NCBI GenBank assembly: GCA_013239625.1
Contig: MU055785.1
Span: 2,232,001 to 2,296,000 of the forward strand
Length of the DNA stretch: 64,000 nucleotides
From: Lama guanicoe
Lineage: Eukaryota
Direction: 5' to 3'
Positions 37,062-49,799 of this stretch are shown here, one piece after another. A model generated the notes under the pieces. The model searched no databases, was not told the origin of the DNA, and saw only the letters and a program-made list of their open reading frames with translations. The position numbers and the translations under genes are program-made. How positions within the stretch are numbered: position 1 is the stretch's first letter; every line of letters begins with the position of its first letter.

Positions 37062-37905
37062 TATGAGGAGCCAAGTTTGCCACGAGGATTAATTTAGGCT
37101 GATTTAAGAAACAGAAGACCCAGGAAGGTTTGTTACCCTCCACCTTAACTGCCTAGGAGAACTTAAATGGCCTGTTCCCTGAAAGATAGCAAACACCAAA
37201 GGTATCCACAAAGAACATGATCTAGCGGTGTTCAGTCTGCTGTGTTGCATGGGCCCTGCCTGGCTCTGAGAATAATCAGACATTTGAGTGTCCATCTCCA
37301 TGTGAATTGCCTTCCTCCCCGCTTTGAGGTCCTAAAATGCCCACCATCCTCTTGTCTCCTCCCTGCAGTATGTAAAGGTGAGGGCCTTGGACCAACTTGG
37401 TCGCTTACTCAGGTTTCCTGGGGGCCTCTCCTGTGTACACATCTCAAACGTTTGTATTTCTCTGGTTAATCTGTCGTGTCAATTTAGTTCATTATCGAAG
37501 TATAGTCAGTTTACAATACCATGTTAGTCTCTGAGGTAAAGTACAGGGATTTAGCCATACACATTTTTTCCGTCTTTGTTACAGGTTAAAATACTGACTA
37601 TAGTTCCCTGTGCTTTACAGTAGGACCTATTTACTTTCTATGTGGTACCTGCAAATCCCAAACTCCCCAATTATCCCCCTCCTTTTCCCCCTGGTAGATT
37701 TATTTTCTACATCTGAGAGTCTATTTTGTAAATAAGTTGATTTGTGTCTTTTTAGATTCTGCGTGTGACGTGTGGTTCTTTCTCTTTCTGGTTTACTCAG
37801 TGTGATCATCTTTAGGTCCACCCATGTTGCTGCAAACGGTCAATTTCGTTCTTAGGAGCAGCCAGAAGAACTCAGAAGGGTAGAAGGAAGTTTCTTCCTT
37901 CAACA
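37062..37905 (+). mobile_element. MER34-like solo LTR interrupted by L1
   Basis: 4-bp TSD CTGC (37058-37061 / 37906-37909); ends agaactcagaagggtagaaggaagtttcttccttcaaca. Confidence 0.8.
37491..37838 (-). repeat. Cetartiodactyl-type L1 3' end, 5'-truncated
   Basis: gaagtatagtcagtttacaat, tatagttccctgtgctttacagtaggacc; TSD gtcaatttagttc/gtcaatttcgttc. Confidence 0.85.
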
Positions 37906-39879
37906 CTGCTAAGACCGGATTTGGAGTAATGCGAAAGCGACTCCAAAACACATACCATGGATGCACGTGACCTTAAGAGCCCGTGCCATCCCAAGAGCAT
38001 CCCCTGCAGAGAAGCAGGGGTGTGGGCTCCTGCCTCCCCGAGAGGCTCTGCCTTCTCTTCAGAGCTTCTCTCCATTCTAGGAAACACTCCAGGACCTAAA
38101 GCTTCACCTCCTTGCTTCTTCCATCAATATCTTCCTGCCCGGTGCTAAATTCTGGGAACATAAAGCCAAGAAGGCCAGCTTTCAATGTTCAGCCCACTTG
38201 GACTGAGTCCTGTGATCTACTTCCAAATCCGTTCTGTGGCGATGCAGGAAGGGGGCTGTCATCCTGTGTAGAGGGTATGGTGTCCTCAACCCTTTCGTAA
38301 GAGCCTGTGGAGTCAGACCCCTGCTCTTCCCCTCTCACATTACCTGCCTTTCCTCTCTAAGGCTCTGCTCCATCTGGTCCCCACGTCTGTGCAGAGGCCC
38401 TTCCCTCTAAGTCCCCAAAAGTCAGGTGAGTTTGGAAGCCTAAGCCAGTGCAACACGGGAGCCTATAGGAGACCAAGGGAGGGAGGTCTCAGAAGTAGCG
38501 ATCCACTGATTCCCAAAAATGTTAACTGTCTGTTTCCCGCCTAATCACCCCAATTAAGTTGGGTTGGACCCTGTCCTAGCAGCTGGCACATGACTTGTGC
38601 TCAGTAGGTTCTGAGCGATATGAAAGCTGGTGTTGCTTTACAGAATCCACAGTGAGATGCTAGAGCAAGGCTTGGGTGAAGGGCCAGAAGCAGACCGTCA
38701 TGTTGGGTTGGTCTCCGCTGGTCCTGCAGGTCACCTTGGCCACAGGTGCATCCTTTTGTCTTGTCTACTGACGAGTCACTTCAGTTCCTAGACCGCACTT
38801 CACGCTGTGCTGACAGCCGCCCCCTCCTCCCCCTGGTTCTCAATCAATGCCATGCCAGAACCCAGCGTCGGGGCATGCATTATTTATCTCTAGTGGGAGC
38901 AGAGCTACTCAAGGCATCAATGAATCAATGGATGCGGATGTGTCATCAGGACGCTCCTCAGTCAGTAAGTGGACGGCAGATTCAACAGGGGAGGGAGAAG
39001 GGAGGGCCTGAAGATGCAGGGCCACCAGTGCTGACCCGAGTCAGGATCCGGGCTGCAGTCTCAGCTCAGCCTTCAAGTACCATTTTCTCCAGATGGGCCC
39101 TCAGGTTCCCTCACCTGTACAAAGGGGCAGGGAGGCTAACCCATCCTAGGACCCCCTTCCAGCACTCATCTTTTTCATGAAAAATAGACACGAAGTTTTC
39201 CAGGGGCTGTGCCCAGGACCAGCTAGGAATGTTCAAAGCAGTTGAAACTAGTTAGCTTAACTAGCTCAGGCGCCTTCAGAAGCTGAGTTGTGGAAAAGCC
39301 ATTATTTTTACAACATACGTGATGACTCACACAGCCGGAGGCCACGCAGTCTGGATCATGCTTTCCATGATGGGCATGGCTTCTTCGAGGTTTCTGCCCA
39401 GGGTAAGGGTTGATCTCATTGAAGTACATTAGAATTAATCCCTGCTCATAAAAGACGCAAAGGAAAGACGGTTTGGAAAGTAGCAAAGAGTAGGGGAGGC
39501 TTTGGCGGTTCATTTCGCCCCAGGTCTTGGGGCTTGATTGCTTTCGTATCTTAGAATCGTTTAATGGGTCTATGATTTGCTTCCATGAGTTGGACTACAG
39601 CCTGGACTCTACGCCTAAAGGACATTTGGGTTTGGTTTTGCCGTTTCAAGGCTCTGATTCCTAGAACTTCTGTACTCAGGGGATGAGGTTCTGGTTGCTA
39701 TCATTGCCCCCCCCCAACTCATCTCGGGTGAGGCCCGTGCTTATTCCCACGGAGTAGACCTCTGTGCTGCTGAAGCCTCATGCCACCTCTGGGACCCTAC
39801 AAAGCCCAGTTTCTCCTGCCACCCAACGCCAACTTGCATCAGAACTAGTTAGATGAGGACCGTCAGGGCCTCAGCCCGA

Positions 39880-40470
39880 GCAGCATCTCAGACATTCCAT
39901 AGCTCGCTCTTAATCACGTCGAGGTTCTAACCTGGACTCCCCCATCTCAGTTAATTCTACCCACTTGGCCAACACTGCTGGGAATTACAGCCTCGATGGC
40001 TCGTTCCCCTTTATCACCAGTCCTTTAGCAAGTCCTGTTACAACTGCAGTCCCCAATCCATTTTCATCTTGCCGTCTGCATCACCACCACTCTGATCCAA
40101 GTCCCATCTCCCCGACATCCCTTCTTATATTGGCCTATAATCGATTTCAGACAGCTGCCCGCGATCCAGCATGACGTACATACTCATAAGCTTTGATTGC
40201 TAATGTCTTCTCATCACCTTTGGGGTAATGTGAAACCGAATTCGAACTTTTAACAAGGAATGGAGTTCGAATCGCATTTCACCATCAAAGGTCTCACAGA
40301 ATAGGGCTCCTGCCCATCTGTTCCCTCATCTGTTCCAGCTGCTGCCCCCACCACAATATGTTCATTGTGCTCCAGTCTTTGTGCTTTTGTTCTTTGTCCC
40401 AAACTCATTCCTTCCTCAGGACCTTTGCATTGGCTGTTCCTATTTTGGATGTTTGGGATTTTTCCATAGC
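39880..40470 (+). repeat. L2 LINE fragment
   Basis: ccccatctcagttaat, ctcaggacctttgcattggctgttcc. Confidence 0.6.
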
Positions 40471-42459
40471 CTCTATTAATTCAGGCATCCAGGGATTCTC
40501 AGGTGAAAAGTTAACTCAATTAGTTACTGAATCTTAAGAAGCCAGTGAACCCTACACTGGATTCAGGCACAAGAGGTATTTTTACTGGGTAGTCGGTGTA
40601 TTACTGCACTGGGGTATGGAATTCTCCAAACTGTTTTTAATGCTTTAGTCCCAGAAGGATTAAGAAAGCCTCAGGCAGGTGCGTGCAATCAGGAGGGATC
40701 CTTTGGGGGAATTTTTCAAAAAGAAACCCCGACAGAGCATGTTTCAGAGTAGTTAGATGCTCTTCCTAATAGAAGCATTCTCGTTAGTCATTTAGTCTTG
40801 CTTACCGAGGGGAAGTGGAGTGCCCAACAAAGTGAGTTGTGGCCCTCAGACCTCACAAGCTATGGTCCTCAACAAGTTCAAAGTAGATGGCAGAGGCTAG
40901 ATCTCAGAATCCAAGTCTAGTGTTTTTGTTTTCTCATACAGAAAAGCGAGACCATTCCTTACTCTTGGTTTAGTCTCTGGCGCCCGGGTCCTGTTTTCTA
41001 TCCCCTTGTTCAGCCCTGGATGCCAATGGTTTTTATTGGCTCGCAGCTCTGAGGAGACATGTTTAGAAGCAAAGCACTTTTAAGATCTAAGTCAGATCAA
41101 GAAAAATTCGGTTTAGAAATCACTTACTACTGTGCCTCCAACCCAATCTCAGCTCTAGAAGGGACTTAACCAGAGGTTAAGTTTCAGTCTTTCCTAGACG
41201 TACACCCTGATGCCAAAGTCCATCATCACCTTCCTTTGCCTCAGATTTTTTGTAAAATAGGGGCTGGAGCTTCCTTCAAGGAGACTATTTTGAAGATGAA
41301 GTTGAAATGACAATAGAACCCATGCTCTACACCCCAACACATGTGTATCTCCCAGCCACCCAACCCTGGCTGTGACTCTGGTGGGGAAGGCATGACTTCC
41401 CCGTCCACCCAGACCCGATCAAGCCCTCCAGTCCAGATCCAGCTCAGTCCCACACGCCCCTCAGGAATGGTCCACACTGAGCACCCCCCTGCCTTTTTAC
41501 TACATTTCACATCCCAACAGCACGTGTTGGGGAAGACGGTGTGTCCATCGGTGGGAGATGGACAGGTAAGACGCGGTAGGTGCTCACTAGGAGTACCGCA
41601 CAGCAGCCCACAGCAGTGAGCTGGATGAACAGCCAGCAACGTGGAGAAGCCCCAATGGAAGCCAGGTGGAGGCTGCAACACTAATGTTTTCGTGTGTATA
41701 AAGTTGCCACTATTTTTGCAAGGATCTCATTCAAAGAAAGATATTCTTATAGTGTGTTTGGCTACGGGGGATGGGTGGAGAAAGAATGAGGCAGGAGGAC
41801 AGGAGAGAATAAGATAAGGGGTCCAGCAACGCTCGAGTAGGATGAAGAGAATTTGACTCCAGGCGGAGTCAGTTTAGGAGGCTTGAAGACTTATTGATGA
41901 CGGTCTCATTGTAGGGAGAATGTAACACCCTCACAACAGCAGCTGGGACTTTCTGAGCATGGAGTAAGCCTCACAACTGATAAAGGAGAGCCCACAGGGC
42001 ACAACTGCTCCCAGGTACCTCAGCTTAGCTCAGCTCTGCAAATGTGCGCTTATAGGATAAAAACACTGGTCCCTTTCAGGGTCCTCTTAAATTAGCCCTT
42101 TTCCTGGGCAGGAAAGTGAGGCTTCCACACCACTTGGCACGAGCTGTCTCCAAGACGTGGTCTGCAGGGCGTTTCAGGAACACCCAGCTGTATAAGGTAG
42201 TCTGAGCCACCAAGCGCCCCCTTCTCGCTCCTTTCCTCCCTTCCCGATACCTAAGCCGAGTTCAGGAGAGAAGAGGCAACAGGTACAGGACTGCAGAGCC
42301 GTTTGCAAGCCTCGGTTGAGCTAGCCCATGCTGCGTTACCAGGACAGCTCCCCCTACAACTCATGGGTCTGGAAGCGGGTGAAATAGCCACTTTCTGCTT
42401 TGAGGTTCAACTCAGTTTTCCTTATGTTGACTGCCAGCTTTCTCTAGCCGTGCCTTGTA

Positions 42460-42640
42460 CTAATGCGAAGATTTGATCGTTTGCACGATGCACCCATTTA
42501 ATTGGCGTTACCCAACGACGACATACTGTATCCCCCAGTTTAACTACGAGGAGACGGAAGCGACTTGCCCAAGGTCCACAGGGGATAGCAGAGCTAAGAT
42601 TCCAGCTCGGGCACCGTACACTCCACATTGCATTGACTCT
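42460..42640 (-). repeat. MIR SINE (unusually CpG-rich)
   Basis: aagcgacttgcccaaggtccacag..gcagagctaagattcc. Confidence 0.6.
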
Positions 42641-43599
42641 GGGTGAGAATGTAGAGGTGGGCCTTTCAGCCCTACTTCATGCACCCTGCTTTGCTACTTG
42701 GGGGTCTGAGGAATGCCTAGAAAAGCCGTGAGGTTGTGGCAACCAAAGCCTCTTCCCCCGTCAAGAAAAAACCCAGATAGCTTTTAGCCTGGGCCAGGAT
42801 CTGCTCCCAGCTGTTAAAAATTGAGTTGCTAATTAGCATCCTTGCCAACCTTCCACTCTGGAAAGTTGGCTTTCACAGCCTAATGTCCTTGCAAGGAAGG
42901 TTACATGGCAGCCAGCAGAGAGCCCTGTACATCTGGGATGAGGGAAGCCCCCCAGGGGAAGAAGAGCAGAGTGTCTGCAGAGTCACAGACACGCCACTTT
43001 TTGCCAGACAGCCCGGCTAAGAGAAGTTTTTTTGTCATTGTTTTCCCATTACAGCTGGCACTCCCCCAATATGGAACCCACAGACAGATCAGGGATTGGG
43101 GCCCTGCCCCTGGACGGGACCTTAGAGCGCTCAGAGAAGCAGAAAAGCAATTCTTCTTGGAAGCTTTGAGGAAGAATAAGAATAAGGCTAGCTGAGTGAG
43201 CTCCCTTGACAGACAGCGCAATTCGCTTTCTTTCGGCTTTCCTTTCCCCTTCAGCACCCACCCCCCCGCAGCCCTTTGGCAGCTCCTGGATGAGAGGCCA
43301 GGTTTGCAAAGAGTGCCGGAGCCTGAAGAAACTTCCAGATAGAAATAGGAAGACAGGTTTCCCCCACAGCTCAAGGCCCCCCATTTCAAGCATCCTTGTA
43401 TAGTCTGATTCTAAACAACTTCACCGCTGCTTTCTTCCTCCCCTGGGTCAAAAAAAATTTTTGAGACCACTTGTGAGTTTTCCAAAAATTCAGGACAGCT
43501 CAAGAAATAGAAAGAAAGCCTAACCAGTAGCCCCCTATCCCCTCCAAAAAACCAAAGCATCTTTGATTTAGGGGAAAAAAAGAAAAGAAAAAACCTTCC

Positions 43600-43800
43600 A
43601 ACCCCAACGCCCCTCACCCCGCGAAGCGCCGCAGCTCCAGAGGAAAGACTAGCAAGCGCGTGAGGCGGTCCCTTTAACTCTCCCCGCGGTGACGTTCTCG
43701 CCGCCCATTGGCTAGCTGCCTTCCTCCCAGAATGCCTTTCACCGGGCCCACAAGCACCACGTGGGCGTATTTAATTCCAGGCGCGGCTTGTAAGGAGCAG
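43600..43800. promoter_or_regulatory. CpG-rich core-promoter-like element, possibly bidirectional
   Basis: TGACGT 43690, GC box 43701, CCAAT(-) 43707, E-box 43758, TATTTAA(+) 43768, TTAAA(-) 43673, minus-strand donor GGG|GTGAGG at 43617. Confidence 0.55.
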
Positions 43801-44224
43801 GGCCGAAAGCTCCCAGTTGATGCCTGCTGTCTTGGTGCGATTATTAATAGCGCTGCCTTCCACTGTCAAATGTGTCCCTGCTTTGACAATAAGGGACGCC
43901 CTTTCTAAAGGAAGCACCGAAGCTGACCTGCAGGAAGTCTATCCCACCAGGAGGACAGCACGAAGGACAAAACCATCTGCACGTGGGGAAGGGGGTGTTA
44001 GGAAAGGGTCGTTGGGGTTTCTGCAACTCCCGGGAATAAGCCACGGCTGTGGACTTGGCTTCCCGCATACGCTTCTGCACATCACCAGCCCCCACATTAG
44101 CCAGTCAGTCCCTTTCATTTAGGATGTCCTCTGGATAGCTGGGTGCGAGGTTTTCGTCTGTGGGTTTTGTTTAAATCCTCCTTAAACCGTTTGTGCTTAA
44201 ATCCACACCCACCCACCCCCACCG

Positions 44225-44415
44225 CATCCCAGTTCCAGCTCTGCCGCTAACTAGCTGTGAAGTCTCAGTAAATTAATTCTCCTTTCCTTGCCTCCATTTC
44301 CCCATCTGAAAATGGGGGCAATCCTCATAATGTAGGCATGTTGTGAGGATTGACTAAGTTAGTAGCCATAAGTCTTCAGAACCCTGTGCCTGGGATATAC
44401 AGAGTGCTGTTAATT
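44225..44415 (+). repeat. MIR SINE
   Basis: ccagctctgccgctaactagctgtg..cccatctgaaaatgggg..ttgtgaggatt. Confidence 0.8.
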
Positions 44416-44449
44416 AAAAATAAGAGGACAGGAAAAGTAAAACAGAACT

Positions 44450-44650
44450 GATATTTAAGTTCTGTCTACGAGCTGGCTTCTTACGTGCTTCAGTTCACAT
44501 TCCAGCATATGCCTTGGAGAAACTGCTGTTACCCACATCCCCACTTAACAGAAAATAAAAATTTAGAGCACCCAGTATGAAAGGGGCAGGCTGGGCTTTG
44601 AACTGGGGTCTAGCTGGTTCCAAATCCCCTACCTCTTCTGCTACACCACC
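44450..44650 (-). repeat. MIR SINE
   Basis: ggcagggctgggctttgaactggggtctagctggttccaaa. Confidence 0.55.
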
Positions 44651-45024
44651 AAGCGTGTGTTGTATTTATGCTCGACTTAAAATTCTCGAATTGCAATAGC
44701 ATCTCCTAGTTCTGGGCACACCAGGAATTTGCTGAAGTCCCGCTTTCCCCTATTTATAACCTCCTGATTGTGCACACTTTGAGCACACGCCCCTTTGGCC
44801 ATCCTATTTCTAGACTGAAGAGGCACCGTGATCTAGTTAATGAGCCTTCTGTGTGTGCACCCTTTACTTGAGGTTATTCCAGATCCTTTTAAGAAGGATG
44901 TGGGACAGAAAATCCTAAAGCATGATCGTTCAATTGCTGTTATTGTTAGAATAATTAAATTCAACCAGGCTTGGGAAAATATACAGCCTCTTTGGTTACA
45001 CAATAATTATAACAAGGGAGCCAC

Positions 45025-45190
45025 TACGATGTCTGCTCCGTGAAGGCAGGGATTTTTGTTCTAGTTCCATCACGACTGTGTCCCTGGTGCCTAGAACAAT
45101 GCCTGGCACATGGTAGGTGCTCAGGAAACACTTTGAATGTGTGGCTGAATGAATGAGCAAGAATGAAGGAAATGGTGTAACAGAATGAAT
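45025..45190 (+). repeat. L2 3' tail
   Basis: gtgcctagaacaatgcctggcacatggtaggtgctc..tgaatgaatga. Confidence 0.85.
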
Positions 45191-45199
45191 AAGAACATA

Positions 45200-45540
45200 A
45201 GTTTTGACATCAAACAGATGAGAATTCAAACTCTAGCTCCTTCCTTGTTACCCCAAGGCCATCCCAAGTTTACCCCTGAAAATCCTGCATCCTGGGAAAG
45301 CCCTCAGGCTGCAGAAAACAGGACAGTTGATCACTGTATCCATTCACCACTAGATAAACATAACTTTGTGCAAGCCCCCGCCTTCTCCGACTCTCAGTTC
45401 CTTGAGCTGTAAACAGGATAATGATATTATGCACCTCATGGAGTTGCTGTGAGAATTGAATGAGATAACACGTATGGAATACTTAACCACGGTGCTTAGC
45501 ACCCGGCAATTACTGATCAGTGTTCGCTCTTACTATTCCC
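45200..45540 (+). repeat. MIR interrupted by a MER81-like element (~45245-45338, minus strand)
   Basis: MIR head and core flank an insert whose reverse complement tacagtgatcaactgtcctgtttt resembles the MER81 end. Confidence 0.65.
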
Positions 45541-46589
45541 ATTACTTTGATCGACTTCTGGGTCTTGAAAATGCGTCCTGTGTCCTGACACATGCTCCTG
45601 GCCCTGCTCAGATGAGGATCCTTGGTTTTATGACAGGGGAGAAGGTGAGCCACGTAGCAGCCAAAAAGATGGTGCCTCTTGGCCATGTTCCTCTGCAGAG
45701 ATGTGGTCTCACCCCGCCTCTCCCCAGGCTGCATTTTTAGCAATCATATCTGGCTGCCCCGCGCTGATTTCCAACAGATGTTCCTCTAATGAACCACACT
45801 GTAATCTCAGGACCTTAATATAGTGCCGGGGTGTGATAAGTACGAAATGGCTGTCATCATTGCCTGCGAGGATGGTCTGGCCATTGTTTGAGACTGTCTT
45901 CCTCTGATTGTCTGGGAAGGGGAATTTATTTTCTTCCATCACCTCTTCATCCCGTACACCCGCCGCCACCCCACCCCCATCACCCCGGGCCCCAGCTCCC
46001 GTCCAAATTAAGTCTGAACCTTCCAGAAAATGCTCAGTGCACCATGATGAGGGGGCACGACAGAGGGAGGCGATCGGGACAGAAGGGTGGGTCAATAGAG
46101 GCCTGCAATCAATACCGTCAGGTTACAAACATGCAGATCCACTGACTCTCGGGTGCAGAGCTGACTCCCCGAGGACCTGAGGCAGATGTTCCCTGAGCGG
46201 GAGGTATCGGGGTCCAGGCAGAAAGGAACTGGTGTCATGCAGCTGGGACTCAGCAGGGAGCATCCATTTACAAACTCTGGGACCTTCTGGACGAGCAGGG
46301 AGAAGCCAGGGATGTGGGGGATGTTTCTAGCCCCTGTCTGGTCCTGTCTTGTTCGTCTGAATGATCTCGGGGCCCCATTTCGGTCGGGTCCGGGAGCCTT
46401 GCTGAGGGTTTCGTAAATGCCCAGCCCTGGGCCAGACACTGGCACATAGTTAAGAGGAAGAGTCTGCTCCGAAGGCGTTACGACAAGCAGCTCATTGATA
46501 GAGAACCAGCACATCCACCCTCTGCCTGGGTCCATTTGATATCAACTAACGGCCAGAGACTAAATGCTGTTTCTCAGAATACATAATAA

Positions 46590-46830
46590 CAGATCGATAA
46601 ATGGCAAATATTTCTCAGTTCTTACCAATGCGCGGGTGCTTGGCTAAATGTTTCAGGTACACTCTCCCATTTAATTCTCACAATGACCTCATGAGGTAGA
46701 CACTTCTATCACTATAGGTTAACAGGGGCCCAGAGAAGTTAAGTCACTTGACCAGAGCCACACAGCCAGCCAGTGGCCAAGGCAGGACTTGAACTTGAAG
46801 AGACATTTCTCCAAAACCGAATTCTAACCT
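46590..46830 (-). repeat. MIR SINE
   Basis: catttaattctcacaatgacctcatgaggtag..cccagagaagttaagtcacttg. Confidence 0.8.
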
Positions 46831-47308
46831 AACTCTACTGAAGGATACCTCCAAATTCTGGCTATTCAAAATTTCCAGTTGTTAAAATACTAAGGAAAAA
46901 ATTTAACCTATTTTGGTTGTAATATACTTAGAGAAAATCTACTTAGCTTCATGCTTAATAAAAGTACGGGGCTGGGTTTTTCATCATGTAATCAGAGCAA
47001 CACAGAGAATTCAAAAAATCTGTTGCATAGAGATTTCTCATTTTATAGGAATTAACCTATGATCCGTGGTCCTTCTCTTTACAATAAACTCTTCAATCCT
47101 CCGATACCCGCTTGGGGGAAATTTAATCCATATAGAATTCACACTGTACAGCAACCGTCCCTATAGAAAGGACCTTACAAATTATTCCTGTGTGGAAATA
47201 CCATTCCTACCCACAGTATTTGAGGAGGATGGGAGGAAAGTTAAAAACCAAATGCAGCAATAAGAGAACATAAATAATCCCTCACTCTGTATCTTCAATG
47301 AATCAGTC

Positions 47309-47510
47309 CAGTGGTCGGCAATTTTTTTTTCCCCTGCAAAGGTCCAGGTAGTAAATATTTCAGGTTTGGCAGGCCTACAGTCTCTGTCACAACTATTTAA
47401 CTCTGTCGTCGTAGCCAGAAGGCAGCCACAGGCGGTGTGTGAGTGAATTAGAATGGCTGGGTTCCAATAAAACTTTATTTACAAAAACGGGTGGGCTAGG
47501 GGGCTGACTT
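47309..47510. mobile_element. MER58A-like hAT-Charlie element
   Basis: ccaggtagtaaatatttcaggtttggcaggcc..gttccaataaaactttatttacaaaaac. Confidence 0.85.
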
Positions 47511-47589
47511 CGTTGATAGCACGCAGCGAGGAAGAGTTGAACTTGGTGACCTGACTTGGCGGTGTGTTGATTAGCTCTTTCCAAATTTA

Positions 47590-47882
47590 AGTATGCCAGC
47601 CAAATACATAATCCCAGTAAATTGCCTTGATCGAAAGCTTGGGATTTGGGAGATGTGCTCTGAAGCCGCGGAGAGGCACTTTGAAGACGGAGGAGGAACC
47701 TGTGAGTGAAAGAAATTCTCCCCCAGAGTCTCGGGGAGGAACCACCCTGCCTTCAACTTGAGCCCCGTGAAACTGACTTTGCACTTGTGACCTCCAGAAT
47801 TGTTAAGGTAATAAACCTATGGTATTTTAAGCCACTCAGTCTGTGGTCATCTGTTACAGCTTCAGTGGGAAACGAATGCACA
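47590..47882 (+). mobile_element. MLT1C/D-like LTR
   Basis: tgacctccagaattgttaaggtaataaacctatggtattttaagccactcagtctgtggtcatctgttacagc. Confidence 0.8.
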
Positions 47883-48279
47883 CCCCTGGGCCTGAAGGAG
47901 AGGAGAGAGGGCTCCCTGCCAGGAGCTGGGCCCTTTGGTAATAGACACAGGCAGCCGGAACAGAACAGAACGACCCGGGGACTAAACAAAACCCGGGCCG
48001 CACCCCCCTTCCACTCTCCTCCAGGCCCCCACTGGCCGGCTCCACCTGGGGACAAGGGAGGATGGACAATTGCTGGGGTGGGTTGTAGAGGAAGCCGGGC
48101 AGACAGATATTCAGCCCAGAGGCAGACAAGACTATTAGCATTTGGCTCAGAGAATAATCACTTGCCTAAGATAACACAGTAAATGTCAGATGCCGAAATG
48201 ATGTTGTCATCACTGTTTGTCAAGTGCTCCGTCTCTGTCAGCCACTGTACAAAGCACCTCACATACGTAGAAGGCAAGG

Positions 48280-48500
48280 CAGCACCATGGGGTAGATCCG
48301 GGGGTCACACCTCGCCAGGTTTAAATCTCGGCTTCACGACCTGTCAGCTGTGTGACCCGGGGTATGTGAATTGACCTCTCTGAGCCTCCATTGTTTCACA
48401 TGTATAATGAAGACAGTGATAGCACCTACCTCAGAGGGATGCCAGTTTTACATGACATGACCCAGGGAAGCAACTTGGCATGTTGTCCAGCACAGGTATG
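48280..48500 (+). repeat. MIR SINE
   Basis: ggtttaaatctcggcttcacgacctgtcagctgtgtgacc..cacctacctcagaggg. Confidence 0.75.
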
Positions 48501-48639
48501 AGTGATAACTATTTTATAATTGTGACCAGTTGGGATGGGGATTTGGACCCAGGTCCGGCTGGCAGAAAGGCTAGGAAAAACACTCCGCTTGGTGACAGCT
48601 CAAAACCTTTCCATGGCAGGCACCCCCTGTTACGACATG

Positions 48640-49010
48640 ACAAGGGTCGATAAAACACCTGATCAGAACGCTTCAAATCGGTCAAGGTCATGGGAGACAA
48701 GAAGAAAAGCCTGAGAAATGGCTGCAGGTTGGAGGAGACCAAGGAGATGTGGCGACCCAAGGCAAGGTGGGATTCTGGATCCCGCCTGGGGCATCAGTGG
48801 AGAAATAGGTGAAAAACGAATCAAGTGTGGGGTCTGGTTCATAGGAACGGACCACTGTGGGATCCCTAGTTGTGACAAGTGTCGGATGCAAAATGATAAC
48901 ATTAGGGGAAGCTGAAACCCGGTGAGGGGTCTCTGGTGACCCTCCGGCACTGTCTTGGCAACTCTTCTATAAATCTAATCTCATCCCCAAGTAAAAAATT
49001 GGTTTAAAAT
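48640..49010 (+). repeat. L1MC-like 3' end
   Basis: gtcaaggtcatgggagacaag..aacattaggggaagctg..gcaactcttctataaatctaa. Confidence 0.75.
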
Positions 49011-49799
49011 TTTGTTTTTGAAGAGATTCTGCTGCTCTCCTCAGAAGCAGCGCGTGCATTCTATAGCCATAAATTCACAGGATCAAGGGTGCAGATAAGG
49101 GGCAGGGAGGTAAGGTCATGGCCCTCAGAAAGGCAAAAAATGTAATTAATATGTTATTGATTTTAAGGTCTAGTTAAAAGATGCTCAGAAAGCTTCAATC
49201 TCCGCGGAAAGGGAATTCTTTCATTTGTCACACTTCGGGGAGCAGAGAAGCAACAGTCCACTCATGTCGGGGGCCGGAGTTTCCTCCTGATTTAAGCAGA
49301 AGCCTGTCTCCTGTGTGCTGTCAGGAGGGGCCAGCCTGAGGCTGCTGCCTTGAGATGGCAAAGGAAGGGATAAACGGGGGGGTTGGGGGGGCATGGTCCC
49401 ATGTCCTCAAGGCTCCAGACAGAAGAGAAGGCATTTCCAGCCCGGTTCAGTCCCTGCTGAGACTCAGTGCAGCAAGAGGTCACCCTTTCCATGGCAGAAG
49501 TTTTGCTCTGGCTTGGAAGGCACGAGACCTCTGCCCTTGAAAAGCAATTCTAATATTGCAACTCTAATTACGTCTCCTTTGTGGGCTGCAAGAAAGATGC
49601 TCAGTGGCATGTATGTGGACCTCCAAAGGTGTCTTGTTCGTTCAACTTCACTTCTGCCTGTTTCCTACTCTTATTTCCAACTTACTACCATCTCATCCCT
49701 TTCATATTATCTCACTGTATCACATGTGGAATTTTAGAACCCACAGACTCATATGTCCTTCTGTAGGGTTTGAACCAATATACATCCCCACCAGCCATC

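Noticed and set aside
38625-38635. agctggtgttg matches the first 11 nt of miR-138
   Set aside because: The remainder diverges and there is no matching precursor arm.
44225-44650. Inverted MIR pair as a dsRNA source
   Set aside because: The copies are too diverged to pair extensively.
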